Shown piece by piece: positions 1 to 12,739 of a DNA stretch of 64,000 bases. Position numbers and translations under genes: made by a program. Within the stretch, counting starts at the first letter, position 1; the number at the start of each line of letters is the position of its first letter. This DNA comes from Scenedesmus sp. PABB004 (taxonomy: Eukaryota), in assembly GCA_014905635.1 (NCBI GenBank), contig CM026547.1, positions 3,348,001-3,412,000 of the forward strand. Reading direction: 5' to 3'. The notes under the pieces are model-generated. The model was not told the DNA's origin, did not search any database, and saw only the letters and a program-made list of their open reading frames with translations.

Positions 1-34
1 GGCTCCTCCCCCGGCCCCGGCAGGTCGAAATCCA

Positions 35-300
35 TCACGCGCAGGAAGGTTGGCGCGGCCGGCCCCGCCAGCGGGTTGCGCAGCGTGCCGGGCGCGGAGG
101 GGGGCTGCCGCTCGGCTCGTCGGGAAACGCCGCTGCGTCGTCGGCGGCGGTGATGCTGCCGCCGGCGGCCTCGAATGCCCCCAGAATGAGCTCCGCCAGC
201 TCCAGCGCGCTCGACGCCCCGGGCCAGGGCGCGGAGGGTGGGGCCTGGTCCGCATCGTTGACTGGCGCCGGGCAGGCAGGTGGCGCCGCCTGCTGGTTGG

Positions 301-356
<56 letters not shown>

Positions 357-978
357 GCTTGCTGCTGCTCCAGGAGGCGCTGCACCTCGGCCAGCACCGC
401 CGCCGCGCCGCCAGCCGCCGTGCCGTCACCCGTGCCGAGCGTGAGCGCCCCCGCCTGCACAGCTGCGTCGGCACGCGACAGCATGCGCGGCAGCAGGAGC
501 GGCCGCAGCGCGCTCGGCGCCGCAGCGCCGTCGTGCCCACCGAGGCTGGCGAGCGTGAGCTGCTGCAGCTGGGCGAGCAGGTCCGCCGCCATCGCCGCCG
601 CCGCACCGTCAACGCGCGGCGCGGCCTCCGCGCCGCCGGCCTGGGCGCGCGCGGGCCTGGTGCGGGCCTTGAGCTGCTGCAGCGCCGCCCACCTGCGGCT
701 CTTCACGGGGCTGGCCGGGAGGCGGCGCTGCAGGCGCACCGGCGAGTGCTGCCGGTGCTCCTGCCGCGCGCGCGGCGGCCCCGGCGCGCAAGCGTCAGCG
801 GGCACTGCGCTCGGGCGCTCAGCCGTCAGAGGCGCCTGCTGCTCGGGCGTCGCTGCTGGCTGCACCGCCGGGTCATGCTGGCCCTGATGCAACAGCGAGC
901 CCAGGAGCTGGGCCGCGCGCCAGCCCGCCGTCAGGAGGCCGCCGTCTGCTGGCGCCGCCGGCGGCGCGGCCCAGGGCG

Positions 979-1020
<42 letters not shown>

Positions 1021-2942
1021 GCCGCTGCTCCCCGCCGCGCCAGAGCTGCGCGTGCGTGCCCTCCGCCGGCGGCACCGCAGCGCCGCCGTCCTGGCAGAGC
1101 ACGCGCAGCACCTCGGGCTGCTCACGGCCGCCCTGCAGCCGCGCCACAGGCAGCCGCGCCAGCCACGGCCCCTTGCGCTCGCCCGCTGCCTGCAGCCGAG
1201 CGGGCGCTTCGCTGTTCAGCTGCTGCGGCCGCATCAGGCGCAGCTTGTTCGCCCGCTCCGGTCGCTCCGGCCGCAGCAGCTTCACGGCGGCCGCTGCTGG
1301 CGGCCAGGCCTCGCCCGGCAGCTCCCCCTCCAGGTCGCTGCTGCAGGCCTCTGCACTGCCTGCAAGTGCAGCGCCCTCGTCACTGCTGCTCGAGCCGCTG
1401 GCCAAGCTGGCGCCGCCAGGGCCAGGCCCACCGACGACGTGGCAAAGCCGACTGGCGCCTGCCCGCTCCGGGACCTCCGCGCCCGCCCGCCACAGCGCGC
1501 GCCCGGCGGGCTGGCCTGGTGCGCCCGGCACCTCATCCGCCTGCACTGCTGCATCCACACGCAGCACGGCCTCGGGTGCCGGCGCCGCCGCCAGCGCCGC
1601 CTCCAGCGCCGCCGCCGGCGCCAGCGCCGCCGCGGACGTCGGCGGCTCACTCGGCCGGAAGCTGCTGGGGTGCAGCCAGCCGGCCTGAGGCGCCAGCGCG
1701 GCGCTCGCGGCGTTCAGGTCCAGTGGCGGCTGCTGCTCCGGCTGCGGGGGCGCCGCCTGCGGCTGCACGCCGCCACCACCGCCGCCGCGGAGCATGCGCG
1801 CCTTGGCGGCGGCCGCGGCAGGCGACCAGCAGCCGTTGGCGCGCGCGCCCGCGCCGCCGGGCAGCCGCAGGGGGCTCGCGGCCGGACGAGGGCTGGGCGG
1901 TGCCTCGACCGTGCGGGCGGGCGAGCGCTCTGCCAGGAAGCCCTCGAGCGCGGCAGCGATGCGCTGCATGCTGCCGGCGAGTGCCCCCGCCAGCGGAGAC
2001 TCCAGCCCTGCTGGCGGCGGCAGTGGTGCAGGGGAATGCAGCGCGCACAGCTCGCCAGCTCCTGGGGCTGCTGCCGCCGCCGGCGGCGCCAGCGATGGCG
2101 GCACGTTGCACTCGACAGCCGCCACCGGCGACAGCGGCAGCGGCACGCCTGCGCCGCCGGTGGGGCTGCTGCCGGCGCTGGCGCCGGCGCCCTGCGCCTC
2201 GGAGGCGCCCGTGCTGGCAGCGCTGCTGGAGCGGCGCAGGAAGCTGAAGAGCTGCGCCGCGCGTGCGGCCGTGGGCGGCGAGCCCTCGGCGCAGCCGTCC
2301 AGCGAGCGCCGCGCCGCTCCCAACCGCTGCGCCGAGCTGCACAGCGGCGCAAAGTCGGCCTGCTGCGGCGGCGGTGGCTGGCGGTGGCTGGCGCCGAGGT
2401 CGCTGCTGCTGCGGCCCAGCTTGCCGAGCATGCGCTTCAGCAGCGCCTTGCCGCTGCCAGCGGCCCGCGGCTGCGCCGCGAGCGCCTCCCTCAGAGGCGG
2501 CTCCGATGGCCGCAGCGCCTCGAGCCCCAGCTGCTGCTGCTCTGGCTGCGGCGGCTCCTCCGGCCGCAGCGGCTCCTCCGACTGCAGCGGCTCCTCCGGC
2601 CGCAGCGGCTCCTCCGGCTGTGGCGGCTCCTCCGCCCGCAGCGGCTCCTCTGCCTGCACCGGCTCCTCCGCCTGCGCCGGCTCCTCCACCCGCGGCGGCT
2701 CCGGCTGCAGCGGCTGCTCCGGCTCATCCTGCGGCTCCTGCTGCGGGGTGCGTGGCTCGGGCGGCTGCGCCAGTGGCAGCGGCGCCCCCTCCTGCAACAC
2801 AAGCTCGCGCAGCTGGCTGCTGACCTCGCCGGCGTCGTCGCCCCCGGCCGGCTCGGCGGCGGGCGCGGTGCTGGCGCTCTTCCAGCTCAGCCGGCTCGGA
2901 CCATGCAGCAGCATGGCGCGCTTGTTTGCGGGTGGGTTGGGC

Positions 2943-2979
<37 letters not shown>

Positions 2980-3934
2980 CGCCCTGCTCGCCGGCCGGGC
3001 CCGCCTCTGGGCTGCGCTGCCGCGTGATGCTGGCCTGGCGGCTGGCGCTGCGGCTGTACACGCCCGGGTCTGCCCAGAAGCCCGACATGTCGGGCAGGCT
3101 GTCGCCACCGCTGCTGCGCCGCGCGGCCGCGGGGCTGCCGCCCGCGCTGCTGGACGCCCTGCTCAGCTGCCTGCTCCCGGGCGGCGGGCTGTAGCAGCCA
3201 AGGAACTCCGCCTCAAAGTCCCCCACCTCGCCCAGCCCCTGGCCCAGCTCGGGCCGCGCCGCCGGCCCGCCGCCGGTTGAGCCCGCGCGCGAGGCGCAGC
3301 TGCCGGGCGAGTCCGGCGGCGTCGCCGCGCCCGGACGCCCGCCGGCAGCGCCCGCCGGCAGCACCGACGCGCCGCCGGCAGCGCGGCCGGGCCCGGCCGT
3401 GACGCTGCCGTCGCTGCTGCGGGCGCCGCCCCACTCGCCCCACGCCGACGCGCAGCGGCCGCCGCCCCCGTGCTCCGCGCTCGCGCGCAGCAGCACGAGG
3501 CCGTCGGCCGCGCCCGCCGCGTCGGACAGCTCCACCATCGAGAAGCTGCGCGACAGCCCCGGCTGCGCGCCGAGCTCCGCGTGGGCAGGGCCCCCGGTGT
3601 CGGCGGCGCTGCTGGCGTCGGCGCCCGGCGGCTCCCCCAGAGCCGGGGTCAGGCCCTGCTCCAGCAAGGTGATGAACTCGGGCAGGTGCGCCGCGAGCAG
3701 CGCGTCGAGGCGCCCCCGCTGCGCGTCACCGAGCTTGCGCGGGCTCGCCGCGGCGCTGCCGTCGCCCGCCCCGGCCGCCGCCGCAGCCCAGGCCGCCGCG
3801 GCGTCGCCGTCCTCGCGCGCCTCGGCGCCCAGCGGCCCTGTGAGGCGCAGCGCGGCGCCGCCGGGCGCCGCGCCCCACTCGCGCGCCGCGCCGCGCCGGC
3901 AGCTCGCCTCCGGCTCGGCCGAGCGGCCGTGCAT
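35..3934 (-). CDS. Hypothetical low-complexity Ala/Pro/Gln-rich protein, ~1299 aa as a single ORF (3' end could be spliced or extend further)
   Basis: Long uninterrupted ORF with an ATG at 3934, divergent from the tryptophan synthase gene. Contains polyQ tracts and EEPxxx repeats; no domain recognised. Confidence 0.6.
2535..2715 (-). repeat. Coding 18-bp tandem repeat (EEPLRP/EEPPQP-type hexapeptide, ~9 copies)
   Basis: ggctcctcc recurs with 18-bp period; translation EEPAQAEEPVQAEEPLRAEEPPQPEEPLRPEEPLQSEEPLRPEEPPQPE. Confidence 0.85.
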
Positions 3935-4235
3935 GGGCGGGGGTCACGGCAGGGCGCGGGCGGGCATCGGGCGGGGAGAACGACCAGTTTGGCGCCCCCG
4001 GCTGTCGGCGCAAGTTTGCGCGGGGGCGGCCCGTTGGCCGCGCAGACGGGCTGTGATCCGGTCGCTGAGGCGGTGGGCGTGCCGGGGAGCGTGGGCAGCG
4101 ACGCGAATTCGCGGGGACCGCCTGTTCTGCTGCCCGCTCGCCGAACACACACAGCGGCCGAGCGCGGTTCACACGCGCCCTCTTTCCTCACGACGGCCTC
4201 ACCCACGCGCGCGGCAGGCAGGCCAGGACAGCGCC

Positions 4236-5645
4236 ATGCAGCTGAGCAGCAGCCTGCGCGGGCAGCAGGCGCTCGCGGGCGCCGCGGGCCCGCGCGCCGC
4301 GTCGGCGGTGGCGCTGCCGCGGCGATGCCGGGCGCGGGTGGCGGGCCCGCGCGCCACGGCGGCGCCTGAGGCGCCCCAGGCGGAGGCGCCTGCTGCCAAG
4401 TACCAGCGCCCCGACGGCGCGGGGCGCTTCGGCAAGTTCGGTGGCAAGTACGTGCCCGAGACGCTCATCCCCGCCCTGGCGGAGCTGGAGACCGCGTACA
4501 AGGCCGCCATGGCCGACCCCGCCTTCAAGGTGGGGCGCGATGCCGCCCCGCCGCGGCGCCCAGGGCCCCCCCGCGCCCCCGCGGCGCCCGCCCCCGGGCG
4601 CACCGCGCCACGGGCCAGCGAGGGCGCCCGCGGCGGCGGCGGCGCGGCGCCCGCCGCAGCGGCGGCGCGCCGCAGCAGCGGTTGCGAGGCCGCGACCGCC
4701 GTGTCCGCCGTGTCGGCGCGCGCGCGCGCGCGCCCGATTGCCGCCCCCGCCCGCGCCGTCGGCGCCGGGGAGTCCACTCAGCGCCCCACGCTGGCGCACG
4801 CCGCGCGCAGGCGGAGCTCGACTTTGCGCTCAAGGAGTACGTCGGCCGCGACACGCCGCTCTACTACGCGGAGCGCCTTTCGGAGCACTACAAGCGGTGC
4901 GCGCAGGCCCGGGGCGGAGGGCCCAGGGCGGCGGGCGGCGGCGGCGGCGGCGGCGGGGGAGGGGGCGCCTGTCCGGGGGGGGGGGGGGGCGCAAGGCGCG
5001 CGGCGGCGGCGCCGGCCGCCGGGCGGGCCGGCCCGCGCCGACGCGCGCCGACGCGGCCGGCCTGCTGCAGGGTGGACGGCAGCATGCCTCACATCTACCT
5101 GAAGCGCGAGGACCTCAACCACACGGGCGCGCACAAGATCAACAACGCGCTCGGCCAGGCGATGCTCTGCAAGCGCATGGGCAAGACGCGCATCATTGCC
5201 GAGACCGGCGCGGGGCAGCACGGCGTCGCGACGGTGCGGCCCGCGCCGCTGGACACGCCGCCGCCGCAGTGCCGCAGCGCCGGCGCCGGCGGCCGCGACC
5301 GCACCGCGCCCGCGCCGCGCGCCAGCGCGGCCACGCCGCGCGCCAGCGCGGCCACGCGCCCACGCGCGCGCGCCCGGTGCGCAGGCGACCGTGTGCGCGC
5401 GGCTGGGTCTGTCGTGCATCGTGTACATGGGCGCCAAGGACATGGAGCGCCAGTCGCTCAACGTCTTCCGCATGCGCCTCATGGGCGCGGAGGTGCGGCC
5501 GGTGTACTACGGCACCGCGACGCTCAAGGACGCGACGAGCGAGGCGATCCGCGACTGGGTGACCAACGTGGAGAGCACGCACTACATCCTCGGCAGCGCC
5601 GCGGGGCCGCACCCCTACCCCATGATGGTGCGCGGGGCCGCGGCA

Positions 5646-5694
<49 letters not shown>

Positions 5695-6727
5695 GGCGGG
5701 GCGGGGCGGCGGCGGGACGGGCGGCAGCGGGCGGGCCCCGCCGGCCGCGCGCACAGCGGGCGCCGAGCCCCGCCCCGCCCGCCCCGCGCCGGTTGCCGCG
5801 GCGCGCAGGTGCGCGACTTTCAGAGCGTCATCGGGCGCGAGACGCGCAAGCAGTGCCAGGAGCGCTGGGGCGGCAAGCCCGACGTCGTCGTCGCGTGCGT
5901 GGGCGGCGGCTCTAACGCGATGGGCATCTTCCACGAGTTTGTGGACGACGAGGACGTGCGCCTGGTCGGCGTCGAGGCGGGCGGCGAGGGCGTGAGCACG
6001 AGCAAGCACGCCGCGACGCTGACCAAGGGCACGCCCGGCGTGCTGCACGGCAGCTTCAGCTACCTGCTGCAGGACGCGGAGGGCCAGGTCATCGACCCCC
6101 ACAGCATCAGCGCGGGGTGAGACCCCGCGCCGCCGCCGCCGCCGCCGCCGCGCGGGGCATCCGCCGCGCGGGGGCAGCCGCCGCGCGGGGGCAGCCGCCG
6201 CGCCGGCGCGTCTGCCGGGCGCCCCGACGCGGCGCGCCTGCCCCGGCCCCGCTGAGCCCCGCTGCTCCTCCTCCCTGCGCCCCGCCAGGCTGGACTACCC
6301 GGGCATCGGGCCGGAGCACTCCTTCCTCAAGGACGTGGGCCGCGCCGAGTACTTTGCCGTGACCGACGCGGAGGCGCTCGAGGCGTTCCAGCGGCTCAGC
6401 CAGCTGGAGGGCATCATCCCCGCGCTCGAGACGAGCCACGCGCTCGCGTACCTCGAGGCACGCGCGCGCGCTTGGCGAGCCGCAGGCGGCGCGCCGCGGC
6501 CAGGCGGCGCGGCGGCGGCGGCGGCCGGCGCGGCCCGCGCAGCCCGCGCCCCCCCCCCCCCCCTGGGCCCTCGCGCCGAACGCCCGCCGCCGCCGCCCGT
6601 GCCGCCCGCCGCCGCGCAGAAGCTGTGCCCTACGCTGGCGGACGGCACCAAGGTCGTGCTGAACCTCAGCGGCCGCGGCGACAAGGACGTCAACACCGTG
6701 ATCAAGCTGCTGCCCGGCATGATGTGA
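4236..6727 (+). CDS. trpB: Tryptophan synthase beta subunit, probably plastid-targeted, 7 exons
   Basis: Exons ~4236-4529, 4811-4896, 5071-5233, 5385-5627, 5809-6116, 6289-6457, 6620-6727. They give [15 protein letters not shown], the PLP-lysine motif [45 protein letters not shown] and NLSGRGDKD. The N-terminus is Ala/Arg/Ser-rich, like a transit peptide. Confidence 0.97.
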
Positions 6728-7071
6728 CCGCGCGCCGTGCGGTCCCCTCTTCCTTTTTGCCACCGCAGTGCGCGCAGCGGGCCTCTTTGTCTGTTGGTTT
6801 GTCGGGCGGGTAACGTCGGCACGTGCGCCGGCGGTGCAGCGGCCGGCGGCGCAGCGGCCGGCGGTGCAGCCGCACTGCTCCCACGGCAGCGCCGGTTGTG
6901 CCACAGCACACCGCACAGCCCCGCCCGCTCCTTACTCCGGTCTGGCCGAGCAGCAGTAGGCGCGCCCAACCGCCCGCGCCTCCTGGCCCGTCGGTCCACC
7001 GGCAGGCCTTCACGCACTTCGCCCCGTTGCCAGAGCCGCAGCATCAGCAGCTTGGAGGCGGCCGCGGCGCG

Positions 7072-10000
7072 ATGGGCGGCCTGGATGTTGCGCAGCTGAT
7101 GCCCTCCTCGCTGTGGCAGGAGGTGCGCCGGGCGCTGCCCGCGGCGCGGCGCCCGCGGCGCCAGCTGCCGCGCACGGCGCGCTGCGCGCGCAGAAGGCCC
7201 CACTGCGGTGCGGCAGCCCGCCGGCGGGGGGCTGCGGCGGCCGCCGACCCGACGCCGCTGCGCCGGGCGCAGGGCCCCACGCCGGGCGCGCTGCAGGAGA
7301 TGCTGGACGCGCTGGACAAGGAGACCGAGCAGGCGCGCAAGAAGCGCGGATGAGCGGGGGCCGCGCATCGCTGGCGCCGCTGGCAGCGCGCCTCCAACGC
7401 CAGCGCCGCCGCTGCCGCCGCTGCTGCGCCGCAGGTGCGCGCGGGGCTGTTCTCCAGCATGCTGCGCAGCGTGTCGGAGGCGCCCGACCACAAGGTCCTC
7501 GCGGCGATGGCGAGCCTGGGGCAGGCGGGGCACTGCCTCTCGTCGAGCACGGGCACGGAGCAGTGGGTCGCGCAGTGCGCCGACAAGTTCCTGTGAGCCG
7601 CGCCGCCGCGGCGCTGCTGGCCGCGCATGCGCACGTGCACTTGCGCGCGCCGGCTTGCCGGCCGCCGGCTGACACACACTCGCCCTGTGCCCCTGGCGCC
7701 TGGCCGTGGCGCGCGGGGCCCGCGCAGGGAGATGCAGCGCTACGTTGAGTCGCTGCAGGCGGAGCTCAAGGCCGCGCAGGCGGCCGCCGACCTTGAGGCC
7801 ACGCTGCGGGAGTTTCGGGGCTACCTGGAGAACGGTGCGCGCGCGGCGGCGGGCCAGGCAGAGGCAGCGGGCTGGCTCCGGGCGGGCCGCCGCGGCGCCG
7901 CGGCGCAGGCGTTCGATGGACGGCCCGCGCCGTCCCAGGCGCGCGCCTGCCACCGCGCCGCCCTCGGCCGCTCACCCGCTCCGCCGCCCTCCTCGCGCCG
8001 CGCGCGCAGGCCAGTTCCGGGACGCGGCGTATCACCTGGTGCAGCTGCGCAAGATCCTGGAGGACGCGGGGCCCAAGCCGGCGGCCGAGCACGGCGCGCT
8101 GCAGCAGGCGTGCGCCGCGTGCGCCCGCGACCTGGAGGAGGTGCGGAGGCCCCTCGCACGTACCTGCAGCGGCGGCGGCGGCAGCGGTGGCACGCGCACG
8201 TTCTCGCTGCCGCGCAGCCGCCGCCGCCGACGGCCCCGCCCGCACCGTAGGCGCTCGAGTCGAGCCTGGGCGAGGCGTTTGACGTGTCGCTGGAGCAGGG
8301 CGTCGTGACCATCACAGCCAGCCTGCCCAGCGGCGGCGACGTGGGCGAGCTGTGGGAGGCCATGGAGCTGGCGGGCCTCGCGGAGCGGCACCTCGCCGCC
8401 ATCGCCGGTGCGGCCGGGGGCTGCCGCGCCGCCGGGGCGCCGCTGCGCCCACGCCGGCGGCGGCGGCGGCGCGCTGAGCCGCCGCGCCGCGCCGCGCCGC
8501 GCCGCGCCCCGCCGCGCGTCGCAGACACGTTCCTGACCCACGTGCTGCCGCACGTGCTCAACGGCAGCGCGGTGCTCGAGGCGCACAGCTCGGGCGAGGG
8601 CAGCGCCCTCATCCGCTGGGGCGCCGCGGCGCCGCTGCCGAGCGGCGCGTTCTCGACGGAGCACGTGGAGGCGCAGTGCAGCGCGCTGCTGGCCGTGCTC
8701 GCGGCGGCGCTGTTCCGGCAGCGCCCGTCCACGCTCGCCGCGTTTGGCTCTGCGTTCTGGGGCCGCTTCGTGGCGGCCTACCGCGCCGCGTTCCTCGCGG
8801 GCGTGACTGGCGGCAGCGTGTCGGAGCTGCAGGCGCGCCAGGCGGCGGCGCGCGACATGGAGGCCGCCGCCGTCGCGCTGAACCTCGCGGAGCCGGGTGC
8901 GGCGCGCGCCCCCTGGCCACGCGCGCGCTCGCTCGCCACGCGCACGCGCGCCGCCGTCGCACAAACGCCGCCGCTGGCTGGGCCCGCCGCCGCAGGCTCC
9001 GACCTGGGCAGCGCGCTGAGCCGCGCAATCGCCGCGAGCTACCACGTGGCGCAGGAGCGCTACCTGTGCGAGGCGCGCGACCTGCTGCTCGCGCACGACC
9101 CGCACGCGCCGCCCGCGGTCGTGGGGCAGGCGCTGCCGCTCGACGCCGCCTTTTACGCGCGGTACAAGGAGGGCAAGGTCAAGGTGCGCGCCCGCCGCCA
9201 CACGGCCGGCCGCCGGCGGGGACCGCGGCGCGACGCGCGCGCGCGCGCCGCCCGTCACGCCGCGCCGCGCCGCGCCGCGCAGGCGTGGGAGGTGCTCGAC
9301 CCGCCGAGCGGCTGGGACGCGTCGGGGCCGGTGCTCGCGACGGGGCTGTACGGCGTGAGCGGCACCGCGCTGGCGCTGGTGATGCAGGTCGACGACGCGC
9401 TCGCGCACGCGTGCGCGCAGGGCGAGCCCGCGCTCGCCCAGGCGATCGTGGGCGCGGTGGCCAAGATGGCGGCCATGTTTGCGACCATGCTGCCCGCGCC
9501 GCCCGCGGCCGACGCGCCGGGGCTGGCGCTCACGCGGCACAACGACCTCACCTACCTCGCCGACCACCTGCTGCTCGCGCCGTACCTCTTTGGCGCGGAG
9601 CTCGCGGCGCTGCTCGGCGTGAGCGTGTGGCTCGGCGACGACGCGCTGCGCCTGCGCGCCGCCGCGCGCGCGGCGCTGAACGACACGGTGCGCGCGCGCC
9701 GGCGGCGCGCGCGCGGCCGTGCCGGCAGGGCCGCGCCGGGGGTGTGCGGCGCGCCCGCGTGCCCGCGCGCTCGGCGCCGACGGCCGCCCCGCCCGCCTGC
9801 GCGCCCCCGGCCCGCCCGCAGCTCGGCGTGCAGCAGGCGGCGGTGCGCGAGTCGCTCGCGCCGCTGCTGCAGCTGTCCGCTGCGCTGTCCGCGGGCAAGC
9901 CGCCGCCTGCCAAGGAGGCCGAGTCCGCCGGCAGCTCGGGCCGCGCCGGCGCGCTCTACACGCTGCGCCGCGCGGGGCGCCTGCTCTGGGGCAGCCTCGC

Positions 10001-10714
10001 GCCGGCCGTCGCGCTCGAGGCCAGCCAGCAGCTGCTCGACCCCATGGCGGCGGCGCTGGTGGCCGACGTGCTGCACAAGCAGGTGCGCCGCGCGGCGGCG
10101 CCAGCGCGGCGGCGCCAGCGCGGCGGCGCCAGCGCGGCCGCGCCGCGCGCGCGGGCGCGCGCGCCCACGCCGCCCGCGCCCCGCGGCGGCGCCCGCAGGA
10201 CATCGGCGAGGCGGAGGCGAGCGAGCTGGTGCGGCTGTACCGCCCGCTGCTGGCGGCGGCGGTGCCGGAGCTGCTGGGCGACGCCGACCTGTCGGCGCAG
10301 GTCGCGGCGCTGCCGCCCGACGTCGACCTCAAGGAGCTGGTGTGTGTGTGTGGGGGGGGGGGGGCTGCTGCTGCGCGCACGCGGCCCCGCCGGCGCGGCC
10401 CCGACCGCGGCCGTGGCCCCGCGCGCTGCGTGTCGCCGGCCGGCGCGCGCCCACCGCGCCGCCGCCGCCCGCGCGCGCGCGCGCAGGTCGCGGCGGCGCT
10501 CGTGCACCGCTGCGGCGAGCTGCGCAAGCTCGACGCGGTGCTGGGCCTGCTCGAGGCGCGCCTGGCCGACATCGTGGGCGCGTGGGAGGCGGGGCAGCTG
10601 AAGGGCGCGGGGCTGGGGCTGCCCGAGGTGGGGCGGCTCGTGTGCGCGCTGTTTGAGGACACAGACTACCGCGCGCAGTGCCTGCAGCGCATGGAGGCCG
10701 CGGAGGGCTGGTGA
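7072..10714 (+). CDS. ZW10: Centromere/kinetochore protein ZW10-like (Dsl1/NRZ tether subunit), multi-exon
   Basis: C-terminal exon LDAVLGLLEARLADIVGAWEAGQLKGAGLGLPEVGRLVCALFEDTDYRAQCLQRM resembles the plant ZW10 C-terminus; internal motif HNDLTYLADHLL; about a dozen introns. Confidence 0.8.
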
Positions 10715-10920
10715 GGCCGCCGCGCACGGCCGAGCACGGCGGTGCACCTGCCGGCCGGTCGCGCGTGTGACGTGCTGGGGCGCACGCGGGCGTGTCGACC
10801 GTTTCCGACGGTCGTCGCCGCTGCCAGCATCTCGGGATGATGATCAGCGGCAGCAGCAGCACACAGCACACAGCGCGCGGCCGGCGAGGCAGCGCCGGCG
10901 AGGCAGCGCGGCCCCGCCGC

Positions 10921-11391
10921 TCAGCTGGCTGGGTAGCGTCCCTGGCCGTCGGGGCGCGGCATGTCGTAGAGCGCCGTGACGCGGCCGTACGTCACGCCGC
11001 CGAGGCGGCACACCGGCGCGAGCTTCACGGGGTCGACGACGACCTTGCCGCTCGGGCTGGCCCCCGTGACGGCGCGCGAGACGTGGAACATCACGACCTC
11101 CCCGATCACGATCGCGCTCGAGGGCTTCCCCCCCGCGTCGTCGTACTCCAGCACGCTGCGCAGCTTGCACTCCATCTGCACCGCCGCCTCGCGCACGCGC
11201 GGCGGCGCGACGACGTGCGACGCCGCCGGCTGCAGGCCCGACTGCTCAAACTCGTCCACGCCGGGCGCAAAGTCGCCGCACGTGTGGTTGGCCGCCTGCG
11301 CACGCGCGCGCGCGAGCACATCGGGGGCGGCGCGGGCGCGGTGCGCACTCGGTGAGCGTCCGCCGGCGCCTGTGCGCGGCGCCAGCGCCAG

Positions 11392-11422
<31 letters not shown>

Positions 11423-12171
11423 GCCGCGCACCTCCACAAACCACTCGCTCATTATGTTCACCACAAACTCGCTACGCGGCGGGCGGCGGGCGGCAGCGGC
11501 GCGTGGCCGCGGCGCGTGCGTCGAGCGGCGCGGCGCGCGCTGCGGGAGGGGCGGCGCGGGCCGCCCCCGCGGCGCGCAGCGCGCGGGTCCCCCCCCCCCC
11601 CCCCGCGCCGCGGCGGCGCACCCGGTGGCCTCGATGTTTGCGAGCGTGTCCTTCTTCCCGCCGCCGCGGCCGGGCGCGCGGCAGATGCCGAGCGCGAGCA
11701 GCGGCGGGCTGTGGCACATGATGTTGAAGTAGCTGTAGGGCGACAGGTTGGCCGCGCCGGCCGACGAGAGCGTGGACGTGAACCCGACCGGGCGCGGCAC
11801 GACCGCGCTGATCTGCGGCGGCAGGCGTGCGGGAGAGGGGGGAGGCGGGGGGGGGGGGCGTCGTGCGGCCGGGGCGCGGGGCGCGGCCGGCGGCGCGGTC
11901 GCCCGCGCACTCGGGCGGCGGCGCTCACCGCGAGGGCGTAGAGCGCGCCCCGGTCCAGCGCCGCGGGGTCGAGGTGCAGCATCGCGTCGGGGTCGTGCGG
12001 CGGCGGCTGGCGCGCCGGCGGCGCCCAGCCCGGGTGCGGCCGCGGCACGCGCGCCGCGGGCGCCCACGCGCGCCGGCGCGCGAGCGCAGCCGCGACGCCC
12101 GCCGCCGCGGCCGCGCCGGCGGCGAACGCGGCCGCGAGCTGCCCCAGCTGGGCCCCTTGCCGGTCGGGCAT
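10921..12171 (-). CDS. Flavin reductase-like FMN-binding split-barrel protein
   Basis: Spliced translation includes ISAVVPRPVGFTST, NLSPYSYFN, KKDTLANIEATGEFVVNIMSE, DEFEQSGL, PPRVREAAVQMECKL and RLGGVTY. The start codon is approximate. Confidence 0.88.
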
Positions 12172-12739
12172 CTGGCGTGCGTGCGCCCGCCGTGGCGCGG
12201 GGCGGCGGGTGCGCAGCGGCAGCAGCTGCGCGCGTGCGGGGGGCCGCGAGCAGGGCGCGTCTGCGGCGCGGCTGGCGGGCGGGGGATGGCTGTGGCAGGG
12301 CCGGGCGGCGCTGGCGCTCGTTCGGGGGCGGCGTGCGTCGCACCTCGCGACGGCGGCGGCGTCGTTTTTTGGCGAACCCCGGCGCAGGGGAACAGCTGGG
12401 ACAACCCGCACGCCGCGGGGCAGACCCGTGTGACAGCACCCCCGGCCCGGGCGCAGCAGGCGCGTGCGCACGCGGCGCAGCGGCAGCGGCCCGCGCAATC
12501 AACCGCCGCCGAGCAGCCGCGCGCGCCACGCCACGCCCGCACGCGCCCCTGATCGCCGCGTGGGAACGCACGTTCGACGACGCTCGCGGGAGGGCTGAGG
12601 CCCGCCGGCGCCAGCGCCGGCAGCGGCAGGAGCGCCGGCAGCAGCCGGAGCAGCGGCGGCAGCGGCAACCACCACCGACGACGCGCCGCCGGCGCCGCGG
12701 CTCGGCGCCGCGGCGGTCGGCTGCCTCGCGGCCGCTGCG

